Positions 51,345-61,639 are shown, counted from the first letter of the stretch. The stretch is 64,000 nucleotides of DNA from an uncultured Chloroflexia bacterium (GCA_963700285.1 CAVOXA010000001.1:320001-384000); one strand, 5' to 3'. The notes: a model not told the origin generated them from the sequence alone. Program-made: numbers and translations.

Positions 51345-52247
51345 ATGAAACTGACGGGCATCCATTTTCTACTGAGCTACAGGTGTACGGATGAGTGCGA
51401 TCACTGCTTTCTGTGGAGCAGCCCCTGGGCCAAGGGGACGATGACGCTGGCCCAGATCCAGGATGTGCTCCACCAAACCATAGCGGTGGGTACAGTGGAT
51501 ATGGTTTACTTTGAGGGGGGCGAGCCCTTCCTGTTCTATCCGATCATGCTCGCTGGCCTCCGGGAGGCGGCGTCGCTGGGTATCAAACGGGGCATCGTCA
51601 CCAACAACTATTGGGCAACGTCGGTCGAGGATGCCGTCGAATGGCTGCGGCCCGTTGCCGAGATCGGCCTTGACGATCTAAGCCTGTCCAGCGACCTGTT
51701 CCACGGCGAGGCAGTGATGATGCAGTCCGCGCTGAACGCGATGGAGGCTGCGAAACGATTGGGTCTGCCTGACAGCGTGATCACCATCGATGTCCCGGAG
51801 GGGTGCTGCGCCGATACCCAGGATGGCAAGGGAGAGCCCATTGCAGGTGGTCCGGTTCGCTTCAGGGGACGGGCTGTGGCCAGGCTCGCAGAGGGCATGC
51901 CGCGCCAGCCCTGGACTGGGTTCACGCGGTGCCCGGACGAGGATTTCGCCGACCCCGGCCGTGTTCACGTCGACGCTTTTGGCCATGTGCACGTGTGCCA
52001 GGGCTTGGTTATGGGCAACGTCTGGCAACGTCCTTTGGCAGAGATCGTGGCCGGGTATGATCCCGGGGCTCACCCCATCATCGGACCACTGATGGAGGGC
52101 GGGCCCGCTGCTCTCGTGGACCGCTACGACCTCCCTCATGAGGAGGGCTATATTGATGCTTGCCATCTGTGCTACGTGGCTCGGGACGCGCTGCGTGGCC
52201 AGTTTCCGGGAGTCCTGGCTCCCCCCACGGTCTACGGCGAGCTGTGA
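51345..52247 (+). CDS. Radical SAM protein
   Basis: CTDECDHC (CxxxCxxC), GGEPF, C-terminal CQG and DACHLC. Confidence 0.9.
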   Translation: MKLTGIHFLLSYRCTDECDHCFLWSSPWAKGTMTLAQIQDVLHQTIAVGTVDMVYFEGGEPFLFYPIMLAGLREAASLGIKRGIVTNNYWATSVEDAVEWLRPVAEIGLDDLSLSSDLFHGEAVMMQSALNAMEAAKRLGLPDSVITIDVPEGCCADTQDGKGEPIAGGPVRFRGRAVARLAEGMPRQPWTGFTRCPDEDFADPGRVHVDAFGHVHVCQGLVMGNVWQRPLAEIVAGYDPGAHPIIGPLMEGGPAALVDRYDLPHEEGYIDACHLCYVARDALRGQFPGVLAPPTVYGEL

Positions 52248-52366
52248 GCCATCCAGTGGTCTTGACCTAGATCAGATACCGTGGGGGCGGTTCTCCATAG
52301 CCGCCGGTCTCAGTAGTCAAGGCTTGTCTGTGCAAGGTTGGGAGAGGTGCTGACGGGAGGGAAAAG

Positions 52367-53893
52367 GTGAGCGAAAAACAGGTCATCATCATCGGCGCTG
52401 GGCTGGCAGGTCTGGCTACCGGCTGCTACGCCCAGATGAACGGCTATCAGAGTCGCATCTTTGAGTATCACATCCACCCGGGTGGGGTTGCCGCCGCCTG
52501 GCGGCGCGGGGAGTATCTTTTCGACGGCGGCATCCATTTTGTCATGGGCCACAGGCCCGGCACGGGTCTGCATGATCTGTACCAGCAGTTGGGCATCGTC
52601 CCTGCTGTTGGATTCAAGGATCTGAAGACCTATGGCCGGTTCGTCGATGAGGCTAGCGGGCACACGGTGACGGTAACCAGGGACCTGGATCGCCTGGCCC
52701 GTGATCTGAAGGCCCTTTCCCCTGCTGATGCGGTCATCGTGGATGAGGTGATCGCCGGCGCAAGGGCCTTCCAGGGCGGCGACATGAGCGAGATGGGAAT
52801 GAGCAAACCCCCTGAGCTGACGTCTCCCGTGGACCAGCTCAGGGATCTGTGGGCCATGCGCCGCCTCTTCAAGTACGTGATCGGCAAGTATGGCCAGCCG
52901 GTTGCTACCTATACGCAGGCTGTTCAGGCCCGCTGGCTGCGCGACTGCATCGAGGGCCTGTTCTTGCCGGATGTACCCGTCTATTTTGTATTTATGCTCC
53001 TTGGCCTGCTGGCTGATGGCCAGTTGGGCCTGATCGATGGTAGTTGCGCGGACTTGGTCCGGGCTGTCGAGGAGCGCTACCTCTCGCTGGGCGGGGAGGT
53101 AACCTACAATGCTCGGGTTGAGGAGATCTTGGTGGAGGACGACAAAGCTGTGGGCATCCGCCTGGCCGATGGTGCGCCACAACCTCTAGAACGCCGCGCC
53201 GATGCCGTGGTTTCGGCGGCCGATGGCCACAGCACCATCTTTGAGATGTTGGGCGGGCGCTATGTGAACGACAAGATCAGAAATCGCTACCAGACCTGGT
53301 CCCGGTTCCGGCCGCTCTTGATGGCTAACTATGGCGTCGCCCGGGAGTACCCTGGCGATGCCAGTTTTGTCTCCATCCGGCTTGAGCGGCCCCTCACCAT
53401 TGGCGATCATCAGGTAGACGGACTCATGATCCGGAACTTTTGCTACAGCGAAAAGTTCGCCCCCCAGGGCAAGACGGTGGTCCAGGCGGAGATGGAGACC
53501 GACTGGGACTATTGGAACGATCTGCGCCGGGATGACCGGGTTGGCTACGAGGCTGAGAAGGAACGGCTGGCGGAGGAGATCCTGGAGCGGCTGGAGCCCT
53601 ACTACCCCGGCATCTCTGTGGCGGTGGAGGAGACCGATGTGTCCACACCCTACACCTGGTGGCGCTACACGCTGAACGACAGGGGCTCCTGGGAGGGCTG
53701 GCTGATGACGCCCTCCGCCATCAGGACGCCCGTGGAGCGGACCTTGCCCGGACTGGCCGGCTTCTATATGGCTGGCCAGTGGGTGATGCCTGGGGGCGGG
53801 GTCCCGCCGGTCCTCTACTCCGGGCGCCACGTTGTACAGCTTCTTTGCAAGGAGGATGGCAAGTCTTTTTTGATAGAGCCTCTTGTGCTATGA
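52367..53893 (+). CDS. FAD-dependent oxidoreductase, phytoene desaturase-like family
   Basis: IIGAGLAG, FDGG, STP.T..RYT, YMAGQWVMPGGGVP. Confidence 0.85.
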   Translation: MSEKQVIIIGAGLAGLATGCYAQMNGYQSRIFEYHIHPGGVAAAWRRGEYLFDGGIHFVMGHRPGTGLHDLYQQLGIVPAVGFKDLKTYGRFVDEASGHTVTVTRDLDRLARDLKALSPADAVIVDEVIAGARAFQGGDMSEMGMSKPPELTSPVDQLRDLWAMRRLFKYVIGKYGQPVATYTQAVQARWLRDCIEGLFLPDVPVYFVFMLLGLLADGQLGLIDGSCADLVRAVEERYLSLGGEVTYNARVEEILVEDDKAVGIRLADGAPQPLERRADAVVSAADGHSTIFEMLGGRYVNDKIRNRYQTWSRFRPLLMANYGVAREYPGDASFVSIRLERPLTIGDHQVDGLMIRNFCYSEKFAPQGKTVVQAEMETDWDYWNDLRRDDRVGYEAEKERLAEEILERLEPYYPGISVAVEETDVSTPYTWWRYTLNDRGSWEGWLMTPSAIRTPVERTLPGLAGFYMAGQWVMPGGGVPPVLYSGRHVVQLLCKEDGKSFLIEPLVL

Positions 53894-53953
53894 TACAGTC
53901 TGCCGGGTAGTCCAGTTCCGGCGGACCAGTTTGTTTGCAGAAAGGTTCATACC

Positions 53954-54754
53954 GTGAGCGAAAGCCAGGCCGGTCATCGTGTCGTACCTTTTCCGCGGAT
54001 GCGCCAGGTCTACGTGGATACCTTGCACCTGGGACACCGCAAGCACACCGTCCACGCTTTGATCGAGGCCGACGTCACCAATGCCCGGCGCGCCATTGCC
54101 GAACACAAGACCCGCACGGAAGAGACCCTATCCTTCACCGCCTTCGTCCTCTCTTGCCTGGGCCAGGCCGTGGACCGAAACCTCTACATGCACGCCTACC
54201 GCAACTGGCGCAACCAATTGGTCCTCTTTGACGAGGTGGACGTGGCGACCATGATCGAGGTCCAGGCCGGCGATGAGCGCTTCCCGCTGGCTCACGTCAT
54301 CCGCGCCGTCAACAAGCGCACCTTCCGCGAGATCCACGACGAGATCCGCGGCCACCAGGCGGCGCGGGAGCGGCAGCCCAATCCGTACGAACGCCTGCTC
54401 CCCCTCTACACCCTGGTACCAGGTCCTATCCGGCGGCTGGTGTGGAAGGCTCTCTTTCGTTGCCCTCACCTGGCCAAGAAGAACGTCGGTACCACCCTCC
54501 TGACCGCCGTTGGCATGTTTGGTGAGGGCGCCGGCTGGGGGATCACCATGCCCCTCTACACCCTGGGCGTCACCCTGGGCAGCATTGTCCAGAGGCCAGT
54601 GCTGGCCGGTGATCAGATCGAGAAGCGCGAGCACCTGTGCATCACCCTGAGCTTTGACCATGACATCGTGGACGGCGCTCCGGCCGCTCGCTTTGCCCAG
54701 CACTTTAAAGAACTGCTTGAGAATGGCTACGGCCTCGGGGTGAGCAACTTGTAA
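53954..54754 (+). CDS. Stand-alone 2-oxoacid dehydrogenase acyltransferase catalytic domain protein
   Basis: FDHDIVDGAPAARF; no lipoyl domain. Confidence 0.85.
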   Translation: MSESQAGHRVVPFPRMRQVYVDTLHLGHRKHTVHALIEADVTNARRAIAEHKTRTEETLSFTAFVLSCLGQAVDRNLYMHAYRNWRNQLVLFDEVDVATMIEVQAGDERFPLAHVIRAVNKRTFREIHDEIRGHQAARERQPNPYERLLPLYTLVPGPIRRLVWKALFRCPHLAKKNVGTTLLTAVGMFGEGAGWGITMPLYTLGVTLGSIVQRPVLAGDQIEKREHLCITLSFDHDIVDGAPAARFAQHFKELLENGYGLGVSNL

Positions 54755-54775
54755 GACAGGAAGTCACTATCGGCT

Positions 54776-55681
54776 GTGTGCTGGAAAACTGAGTTGGAAT
54801 CGATCGTTCTCAGAGACATAGATGCCCCACGGCGCCTGCTGGTTGCCTTTGCTCACCCCGACGATGAGTCGTTTGGCCCGGCGGGGACAATCGTGCATTA
54901 TGCCAGCCAGGGTGTAGCCGTCCACTATGTCTGCGCCACGCGGGGTGAGGCCGGCGATGTGGCTCCGGAATCGCTCGAGGGATACAACTCTCTGGCTGAA
55001 TTGCGCACCGAGGAGCTGCGCTGCGCGGCGGGCCACCTTGGACTGGCCGCGTTGTACTTTTTAAACTATCACGACTCTGGCATGGAGAATACGCCACATA
55101 ACCAGAACCCGGCCTCCTTGATGCAGGCTCCCCTGGAGGAGGTCGCGGCCAAGATAACCCGGCTGATCCGGCAGATCCAGCCACAGGTGGTTCTAACCCA
55201 CGATCCGACCGGCGGCTACTTTCATCCCGATCACATCAAGATGCACCAGGCCACGACCCTGGCCTTCCATGCGGCCGGCAGTCCTGACCGATTCCCCGAC
55301 CAGCTAGCACCAGGCCTGGCCCCCTACCAGCCGCACAAGCTGTACTATACGGCTTTCCCTCGCCGGCTGGTAAGACTCTTTGTGAAGGTACTGCCCCTGT
55401 TTGGACAGAACCCGGAGGCATTTGGGCGGAACAACGATGTTAATATCAGGCGCATTGCTGAGGTTGACCAGGCCGTGACGACCAGGATCGGGATTCGGTC
55501 CTACTTGGCAGTCAGCCAGAAGGCCGCTCAGTGTCATGCCAGCCAGACCGGCGGCAGCAGCAGCTGGGCGCTCGATCTGATGGGGAGGCTCGTTCGTTTC
55601 GACACGTTTTCGCGCGTGGTCCCGCCCTTTGAGCGTGGCGGGGTAGAGCGCGATCTGTTTGCGGGGGTTGGCGGCGGGTGA
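54776..55681 (+). CDS. PIG-L family deacetylase (MshB/Mca-like)
   Basis: AHPDDES, ATRGEAG, HPDH, HASQ; start uncertain. Confidence 0.85.
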   Translation: MCWKTELESIVLRDIDAPRRLLVAFAHPDDESFGPAGTIVHYASQGVAVHYVCATRGEAGDVAPESLEGYNSLAELRTEELRCAAGHLGLAALYFLNYHDSGMENTPHNQNPASLMQAPLEEVAAKITRLIRQIQPQVVLTHDPTGGYFHPDHIKMHQATTLAFHAAGSPDRFPDQLAPGLAPYQPHKLYYTAFPRRLVRLFVKVLPLFGQNPEAFGRNNDVNIRRIAEVDQAVTTRIGIRSYLAVSQKAAQCHASQTGGSSSWALDLMGRLVRFDTFSRVVPPFERGGVERDLFAGVGGG

Positions 55682-55868
55682 GGATCAATCCAGGTGGCTG
55701 CGGACGGTCCCTGATCGACTGGCAAAAAGCCCGGCGCCTACGCCCGGGCCACCGCCTGACGGCGGTCGTGAACTACTTGGGGCGTCCGGACGCGCTGACC
55801 CTCAAGGGTGATAGCAGGTGGGAGATCGCTCGTGGGTTGGTCCGCACGAGTAATTCGGAGAAACTACC

Positions 55869-57251
55869 ATGATCCAGCGAATCGTACTGTTCGGCGCGTC
55901 CGGTGACCTCACCGCGCGCCTGTTGATGCCGGGCATCGCCCAGGTAGCTGCTGAAGGCCTGCTGCCCGATGGGTTCAGCATTCTGGGCTCGTCGACTAGG
56001 GATTGGACTCCCGAGGATTTCCGCGAGCGGATGGCGGCGGCCCTCGACCGGCATGATTCGGCTCTCGCCCCCGAGGTCATGCGGGAGGTCGTCGACAAAC
56101 TCGACTTTCGCAGCGCCGATATCACCAACCCCGTTGACGTGAGAGCCGTTGTGGGAGACCTCCACGAACCAACGCTTGTCTACCTCGCCTTGCCGACGGG
56201 CCTGCTTGAAAGGGCATTGACTGCCCTGTCCAACGCGACTCTGACGGCAAATGACGCCATCGCCATCGAGAAGCCTTTTGGAACCGACCTGGCATCCGCA
56301 CGGCGGCTAAATGAGATACTCCGGACTGCGCTGCCGGACCCCGCCATCTATCGCATTGACCACATTCTGGCCGACGAGTTGGTCCGGCGTATTCTTGCGC
56401 TCCGCTTTTCGAATCGCGTCTTTGAGCCGCTTCTGTGCGCACAGCACGTCGAACGGGTCGACATTAGCTGGCTCGAAACCCTTGCGCTCGAAGGACGGGC
56501 GTCCTACTATGACCGGGCCGGGGCACTGAAGGATGCAATCCAGAACCACTTTCTTGAAGCCTTCAGTTTCGTGGTCCTGGAGCAGCCGGTGAGCCTCAGC
56601 GACGCTACCTTCGGGGAAAGCCGCGTCGAGGCGCTGCGCGCTGTGGCGACGCCAACGGCTGAGATGATCCGCAAGGGGACCCTTCGCGCGCGCTACACGG
56701 CAGGCACCATCGGAACGCGCGTCGTACCCGCCTACGTTGACGAGCCCGGCGTGGATCCAGCCCGCAACACAGAGACCTATGCGGCCGTCGATCTGGAAAT
56801 GCGAAACCCCCGCTGGGCGGGGACCCGTTTCACGCTGAGACACGGAAAGGCATTGGCCCAGGACACTGCCGAGATCGCGATCTACTTCAGACGAGCGCAT
56901 GACTACCTTGGCAACGCGCTGGTCGATGCTGCGCCCAACATCCTCCGCATCGGGCTGATGGAACCCTACGTCCGCTTGGAGATTGTACTTGACGGTCCTG
57001 AGCTTGTACCCGTCAGCCAGACATTAGAGATGCTCTCGCCCAAACCGCGGCGGACAGCCTACGCGAACCTTGTTGCTGGGATGCTGAGCAACTGCTCGAC
57101 GATGTTCGTTCGCGGCGACGAGGCCGAAGAAGCGTGGCGCATTTTCGACCCCATCGTCAAGGCCTGGGCCAACGATGAGGTACCGCTGCAGACCTATCCC
57201 GCCGGTGGCGAGCCACCCGTGGCCCAGACTGACCCGACACCACCTGGCTAG
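55869..57251 (+). CDS. zwf: Glucose-6-phosphate dehydrogenase (divergent)
   Basis: FGASGDL, YLALP, EKPFG, YRIDH, QNH, TETY. Confidence 0.85.
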   Translation: MIQRIVLFGASGDLTARLLMPGIAQVAAEGLLPDGFSILGSSTRDWTPEDFRERMAAALDRHDSALAPEVMREVVDKLDFRSADITNPVDVRAVVGDLHEPTLVYLALPTGLLERALTALSNATLTANDAIAIEKPFGTDLASARRLNEILRTALPDPAIYRIDHILADELVRRILALRFSNRVFEPLLCAQHVERVDISWLETLALEGRASYYDRAGALKDAIQNHFLEAFSFVVLEQPVSLSDATFGESRVEALRAVATPTAEMIRKGTLRARYTAGTIGTRVVPAYVDEPGVDPARNTETYAAVDLEMRNPRWAGTRFTLRHGKALAQDTAEIAIYFRRAHDYLGNALVDAAPNILRIGLMEPYVRLEIVLDGPELVPVSQTLEMLSPKPRRTAYANLVAGMLSNCSTMFVRGDEAEEAWRIFDPIVKAWANDEVPLQTYPAGGEPPVAQTDPTPPG

Positions 57252-57276
57252 CCCTTCGGTGGGTGAGTACCCCCGA

Positions 57277-57305
57277 TTGACAGCCCGCCTTCGACAAGGT
57301 ACAAT
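57277..57305 (+). promoter_or_regulatory. Sigma70 promoter upstream of the mttB-like gene
   Basis: TTGACA (57277-57282)-N17-TACAAT (57300-57305). Confidence 0.7.
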
Positions 57306-57354
57306 TATCCCTGAAATACCCTGTCTGTGCAGGTCTGAAAGGACGCCTGATCCG

Positions 57355-58803
57355 ATGCCATACAAATCGGTTTCACTGCTGGACCAAGACACCCTGCAAA
57401 GGATCCAAGGCGAGTCCCTCCGCCTGCTAGAGGATGTGGGCGTCCATGTCGGCGACCCCGAAGCCGTCAAGACCTTGAGAAGAGCAGGCGCAAGGATCGA
57501 TGGGCAATCCGGTGTGGTCCGCCTGCCCAGGGCCATGGTCCTTGAGGCTGTGGACCAGCTTACCGGGTCGTTCAGCCTCTTTGACCTGTGCGGCCTTCCG
57601 CTGCCCCTACCCGGCGACAGGCCCCGGGCCGGATCGCGGGTGAGAATGCCCAATTTTCTGGATTACGGAGCCGTAGAAAATCGCCCGGTGCGCCGCCAGG
57701 ACAGCATCAACCTCTGCCGGCTGACGAGCGCCTTGACCCGCTACGAGTGGTCGGTCGTGATCGACGCTCCCGCTTCTGATGGGCTGCCTGAGATAGACTA
57801 TCCTGAGGTTATGGCCTTGGCCCTGGCCATCATGGGTCACCCGGTGCTGACGGCGCCGACCACGGAAGCCGGTATGCAGATGTGTATCGAGCTGGCTGCT
57901 GCCGCGTCTGCATCGGGCGACCTGGATCAAGGGCCCAATCTCATGGTCTGCGTGAACACGACCAGCCCCCTCCAGATGGCCTACGAGGAATGCCGTGTCC
58001 TGCGTCGCGCCGTAGAGGCTGGGGTGCCCATCGATGTAGAGCCGATGACAGCCGCGGGGGCCACGACGCCCTTTACCCTGGCCGGCACGCTGATGGTCGA
58101 AAATGCCGAAGTACTTTTTATGTTGTGCCTGGCCAACAGTATCAGGCCGGGAGCCAAGGCCATGGAGAGTACCGTGGGCTCGGTCATGAACATGAAGGGC
58201 GCGAACCTCTCCCTGGCCGCCCCAGAGTCGATGCTGCTGGCCAGCGCCGAGGCGGCCATGACCCGCCTGCACGGGCTGCCGGTCATGCGTATGGGCGGCT
58301 ACAGCGATCCCTACTATCTGGACATTCAGGCCGGTATTGAAAAGGCAGCCTTTACCATGATGATCGCCTTGAGTGGTGCGGACCTAGTATTGATGGGTGG
58401 ACCGCTGAGGAATGCCGCCCATCAGAGCTACGAGTCGCTGGTCATCGACCATGACATTTGGGAATTCATCGAGCGCTGTACCACCGAGATCGTGGTGGAC
58501 ACCGAGCGGCTGGCCTATGAGACGGCTGTAGAAGTGGGCATTGGCGGTTCATACTTTGAGGCGGACCACACCCTGGCCTGGCTGCGCAGCGGCGAGCATT
58601 ACTATGGCGGCTCATTTGATCGCAGCGGGCGACCTGGGGAGCAGTACACCATGCTGGCGCGGGCCCACGCGCGCGTGCAAGAGATCCTGAACCAGCCGCT
58701 CACGTACGGCGCACCAGCGGATGCCGTGGAACGTATCAAGCAGTACCTGCGCGACATGGCCGCATCCCGCGCTGTCGCTGCGCCCGATTGGGCGCTGGGT
58801 TAG
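57355..58803 (+). CDS. Trimethylamine methyltransferase (MttB) superfamily protein, non-pyrrolysine
   Basis: NTTSPL, GATTPFTLAG...NAE, D.QAG.EK; no internal amber codon. Confidence 0.8.
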   Translation: MPYKSVSLLDQDTLQRIQGESLRLLEDVGVHVGDPEAVKTLRRAGARIDGQSGVVRLPRAMVLEAVDQLTGSFSLFDLCGLPLPLPGDRPRAGSRVRMPNFLDYGAVENRPVRRQDSINLCRLTSALTRYEWSVVIDAPASDGLPEIDYPEVMALALAIMGHPVLTAPTTEAGMQMCIELAAAASASGDLDQGPNLMVCVNTTSPLQMAYEECRVLRRAVEAGVPIDVEPMTAAGATTPFTLAGTLMVENAEVLFMLCLANSIRPGAKAMESTVGSVMNMKGANLSLAAPESMLLASAEAAMTRLHGLPVMRMGGYSDPYYLDIQAGIEKAAFTMMIALSGADLVLMGGPLRNAAHQSYESLVIDHDIWEFIERCTTEIVVDTERLAYETAVEVGIGGSYFEADHTLAWLRSGEHYYGGSFDRSGRPGEQYTMLARAHARVQEILNQPLTYGAPADAVERIKQYLRDMAASRAVAAPDWALG

Positions 58804-58816
58804 GAGGAGGGCTCCT

Positions 58817-60193
58817 GTGACAACGCATCCAACCGCACAGCGGATCATCGACGACTATCTGAACCGGACGCCACGATCGTGGGCCCACTGCGAACTTGCC
58901 AGCCGCGTTCTCCCCGGGGGTGACACGCGGCGGTCGGTCTACTTTGAGCCCTATCCCACCTACATGGAGCGGGGCGAAGGCTGTGTCCTCTATGACGCTG
59001 ACGGGAACCGCTACATCGACTTTAGCAACAACTATACGAGCCTCATTCACGGACACGCGCCCCCGGCTGTCGTTGAGGCGGTCCAGGCCCAGGTCGCCGA
59101 GGGGACGCTGTTTGGATCGCCGGCGGCCTGCCAGTACGAGCTGGCGGGCATGCTGTGCGCTCGGATCCCGAGTGTGGAGCGTGTCCGCTTTTGCAATTCG
59201 GGTACCGAGGCGACGATGATGGCTATGCGGCTGGCTCGGGCCTACAGTGGCAAGGACGTGATCCTGAAGATGGATGGCGGCTACCACGGGACGCATGATT
59301 TTGCTGAGGTGAATATCACGCCCTCGGCTGATGCGCAAGGCCCGCCTGTCCTTCGCAAAGAGAGCCAGGGTGTCCCGGATGCTCTCCTGGAGTCGATGAT
59401 GGTCGTGCCTTTCAACGACTTGGACGCCGTTGAGGAAACGCTCAGTGCCTACAACCATCGCATCGCGGCCGTCATTGTGGAGCCGATGATGAATGCCGGC
59501 GGCCTGGTGCCCCCCCGGCTTGGCTTCCTCGCCGGGCTGAGGGAACTGGCCGACAAGTATGGGGTGCTACTTGTCTTTGACGAGGTAGTGACCTTCCGCC
59601 TGAGCCTGGGGGGCTGGCAGTTGCTGGATGGGGTCAGGCCCGACATCACCGCCCTGGGCAAGATCATTGGTGGCGGCTTTCCAGTGGGCGCCATCGGCGG
59701 CCGGACTGAGGTCATGGATCTCTTTAACCCGACGCGCCCCGATGGGCTCAGGCATTCAGGCACCTTTAATGGGAACAGCGTTACCATGGTTGCCGGCATC
59801 GCCACGCTAAAGCACTATGGGCAGAGCGAGATCGACCGCATCAATCGGCTCGGTGATCGACTGCGACAGGGCATCACCGAGGCGTTCGGAGCACAAGGCT
59901 TGCAAGTCAACGTCACGGGCCGCGGCTCGCTGGCCTACATCCACTGGACCGGCGGCGAGATCCACACCGCGGTGGACGCTGCCCGGGCAGCCAGGGATGC
60001 GGGCCAACTGCTGATGCTGCTGCAGTTGGGTTTGCTCAACCAGGGCATCTGGTTGCCCTACCGCGGCGAGCTGGCCATATCTACGCCCATGACCGAGCGG
60101 GAGATCGATCGTGCCACGGAGGCTGTGTATACTGTGCTTGGCCTGCTGATGCCCTACGTTGAGGAAGTGGCGCCTCACCTGTTCCTATCCTGA
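58817..60193 (+). CDS. Class III aminotransferase, glutamate-1-semialdehyde aminomutase-like
   Basis: PGGDTR, NSGTEATM, YHG, FDEVVT, LGKIIGGG, SGTFNGN. Confidence 0.85.
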   Translation: MTTHPTAQRIIDDYLNRTPRSWAHCELASRVLPGGDTRRSVYFEPYPTYMERGEGCVLYDADGNRYIDFSNNYTSLIHGHAPPAVVEAVQAQVAEGTLFGSPAACQYELAGMLCARIPSVERVRFCNSGTEATMMAMRLARAYSGKDVILKMDGGYHGTHDFAEVNITPSADAQGPPVLRKESQGVPDALLESMMVVPFNDLDAVEETLSAYNHRIAAVIVEPMMNAGGLVPPRLGFLAGLRELADKYGVLLVFDEVVTFRLSLGGWQLLDGVRPDITALGKIIGGGFPVGAIGGRTEVMDLFNPTRPDGLRHSGTFNGNSVTMVAGIATLKHYGQSEIDRINRLGDRLRQGITEAFGAQGLQVNVTGRGSLAYIHWTGGEIHTAVDAARAARDAGQLLMLLQLGLLNQGIWLPYRGELAISTPMTEREIDRATEAVYTVLGLLMPYVEEVAPHLFLS

Positions 60194-60271
60194 GCGCAGT
60201 CGAAGGGGATCCCAGTCGAGCAGATGGGGATTCCCTTCGTGCTCCTTCGACGACTCAGGACGTGCTCAGGG
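60188..60271. repeat. REP-like nested inverted repeat
   Basis: TCCTGAG..GTCGAAGG ... CCTTCGAC..CTCAGGA enclosing CGAAGGGGATCCC/GGGATTCCCTTCG. Confidence 0.65.
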
Positions 60272-60387
60272 CATGTCTGTATGCTGCGCTTCGTTCAGCA
60301 TGACAGGACGGTTTTCCAGTAGCAGGGCCATAGTGCTGGCATGTACCCTAAGGGTGTGTGACGACGCTGACTGAAGCAGGGAAAGAT

Positions 60388-61035
60388 ATGCTGGAAATCA
60401 TCGATCTGACAAGAGTACTGGATGAGCATCTGCTCATCTATACACATGGTGACTATTCTGATCCACCTCTTGAGGCGGAAACTTGGTGTACGATTCAGAG
60501 CCAGGGATTCAAGGTCTCGCGTCTGTCGATGGGGACTCAAACCGGCACGCACATTGATGCGCCTTCTCACTTTGCAGAAGGCGGGACAGCGTTGGAGGCG
60601 CTGCCTCTTGATACGCTGATCGGCAGATATCTGTGGGTGGACCTCCACGAAACGATGCAAAAGATAGCATGTGGCTTTCAGCCAACCTATCACGGCGAAA
60701 CGATTCTATTCTTGACCTCGTCTGCCCAAACTGTGACCCGAGTATCCGAGGAGGTTTTGAATACGTTGCTCGAGTTGCCGTGTGCCGTCTGGCTGAGCGT
60801 ATTTGGCGTTGGGGTTACAGGCAGGGGAATGTTCTATTTTCATCAAGCGCTGGCTGAGGCTGGAAAGTACTTGGTTGAGGATGTAGATGAAGGGGCGGCC
60901 ATGCGGGTCAGGCCCGGTGGAGAGCTCATTGCGCTGCCGCTGCGGCTCACAGGGGTGTCTGGGTCGCCGTGCCGTGTGGTCGTCCGGCAGCCAATCATGG
61001 ACGATCCTGCAGCGCGCCAGACCTTCCCGCTCTAG
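60388..61035 (+). CDS. Cyclase / kynurenine formamidase-like protein
   Basis: IDLT, TQTGTHIDAPSH, LPLRL.G..GSPCR. Confidence 0.8.
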   Translation: MLEIIDLTRVLDEHLLIYTHGDYSDPPLEAETWCTIQSQGFKVSRLSMGTQTGTHIDAPSHFAEGGTALEALPLDTLIGRYLWVDLHETMQKIACGFQPTYHGETILFLTSSAQTVTRVSEEVLNTLLELPCAVWLSVFGVGVTGRGMFYFHQALAEAGKYLVEDVDEGAAMRVRPGGELIALPLRLTGVSGSPCRVVVRQPIMDDPAARQTFPL

Positions 61036-61165
61036 CCATTTCGGTCTGCCTTTTGCTGCTGGCCGCCCTCATATCGTCCGCGCCCGATATCCAGAAAAAG
61101 ACAGCCTGGCGTCAGGCGCATTCGAAAGAATGATTGTATGCTAGATGCCAGAGAGGAGGCTTTCA

Positions 61166-61615
61166 ATGAAGACGCTGGTCGTCTATGACTCGGTCTATGG
61201 GAATACAGAGATCATCGCACGGGCTGTCGGTGGTGCGTTTCCCGGTGAGGTGCAGGTGCTGCGCGTAGGTCAGGTGAATGCTGGCGAATTGGAGAGCGTT
61301 GACCTGCTCATCATCGGCTCGCCAACCCACGGAGCCTTGCCAACGGAGGCGGTCCAGGGCCTGGTTGAAAAGCTAGGGGCGCCAACTCGTGAGGGTGCTC
61401 GAGTGGCCACCTTCGATACCCGATTGTCGTGGGGATTCCTCCGGCGCTATGGTTTTGCCGCGGATAGGATGGTGGAGGCGCTCAAGGGCAGGGGCTGGAC
61501 GCTCGCAAGCGAACCGGCTGGCTTTTTCGTCAGGGGCCTCAAAAAGGGGCCGCTCAAGAAGGGCGAGGTCGAGCGTGCTGCCGGCTGGGCACGGGTACTT
61601 GCCAGGAGCAGCTAA
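61166..61615 (+). CDS. Flavodoxin family protein
   Basis: VYDSVYGNTE, GSPTHG, FDTR. Confidence 0.85.
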   Translation: MKTLVVYDSVYGNTEIIARAVGGAFPGEVQVLRVGQVNAGELESVDLLIIGSPTHGALPTEAVQGLVEKLGAPTREGARVATFDTRLSWGFLRRYGFAADRMVEALKGRGWTLASEPAGFFVRGLKKGPLKKGEVERAAGWARVLARSS

Positions 61616-61639
61616 GGCAATGGCGCCACAAGGTGCAGC

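Noticed and set aside
58817-60193. Calling the aminotransferase hemL
   Set aside because: It has PGGDTR rather than PGGVNSPVR and no tetrapyrrole gene context, so it was left as GSA-like.
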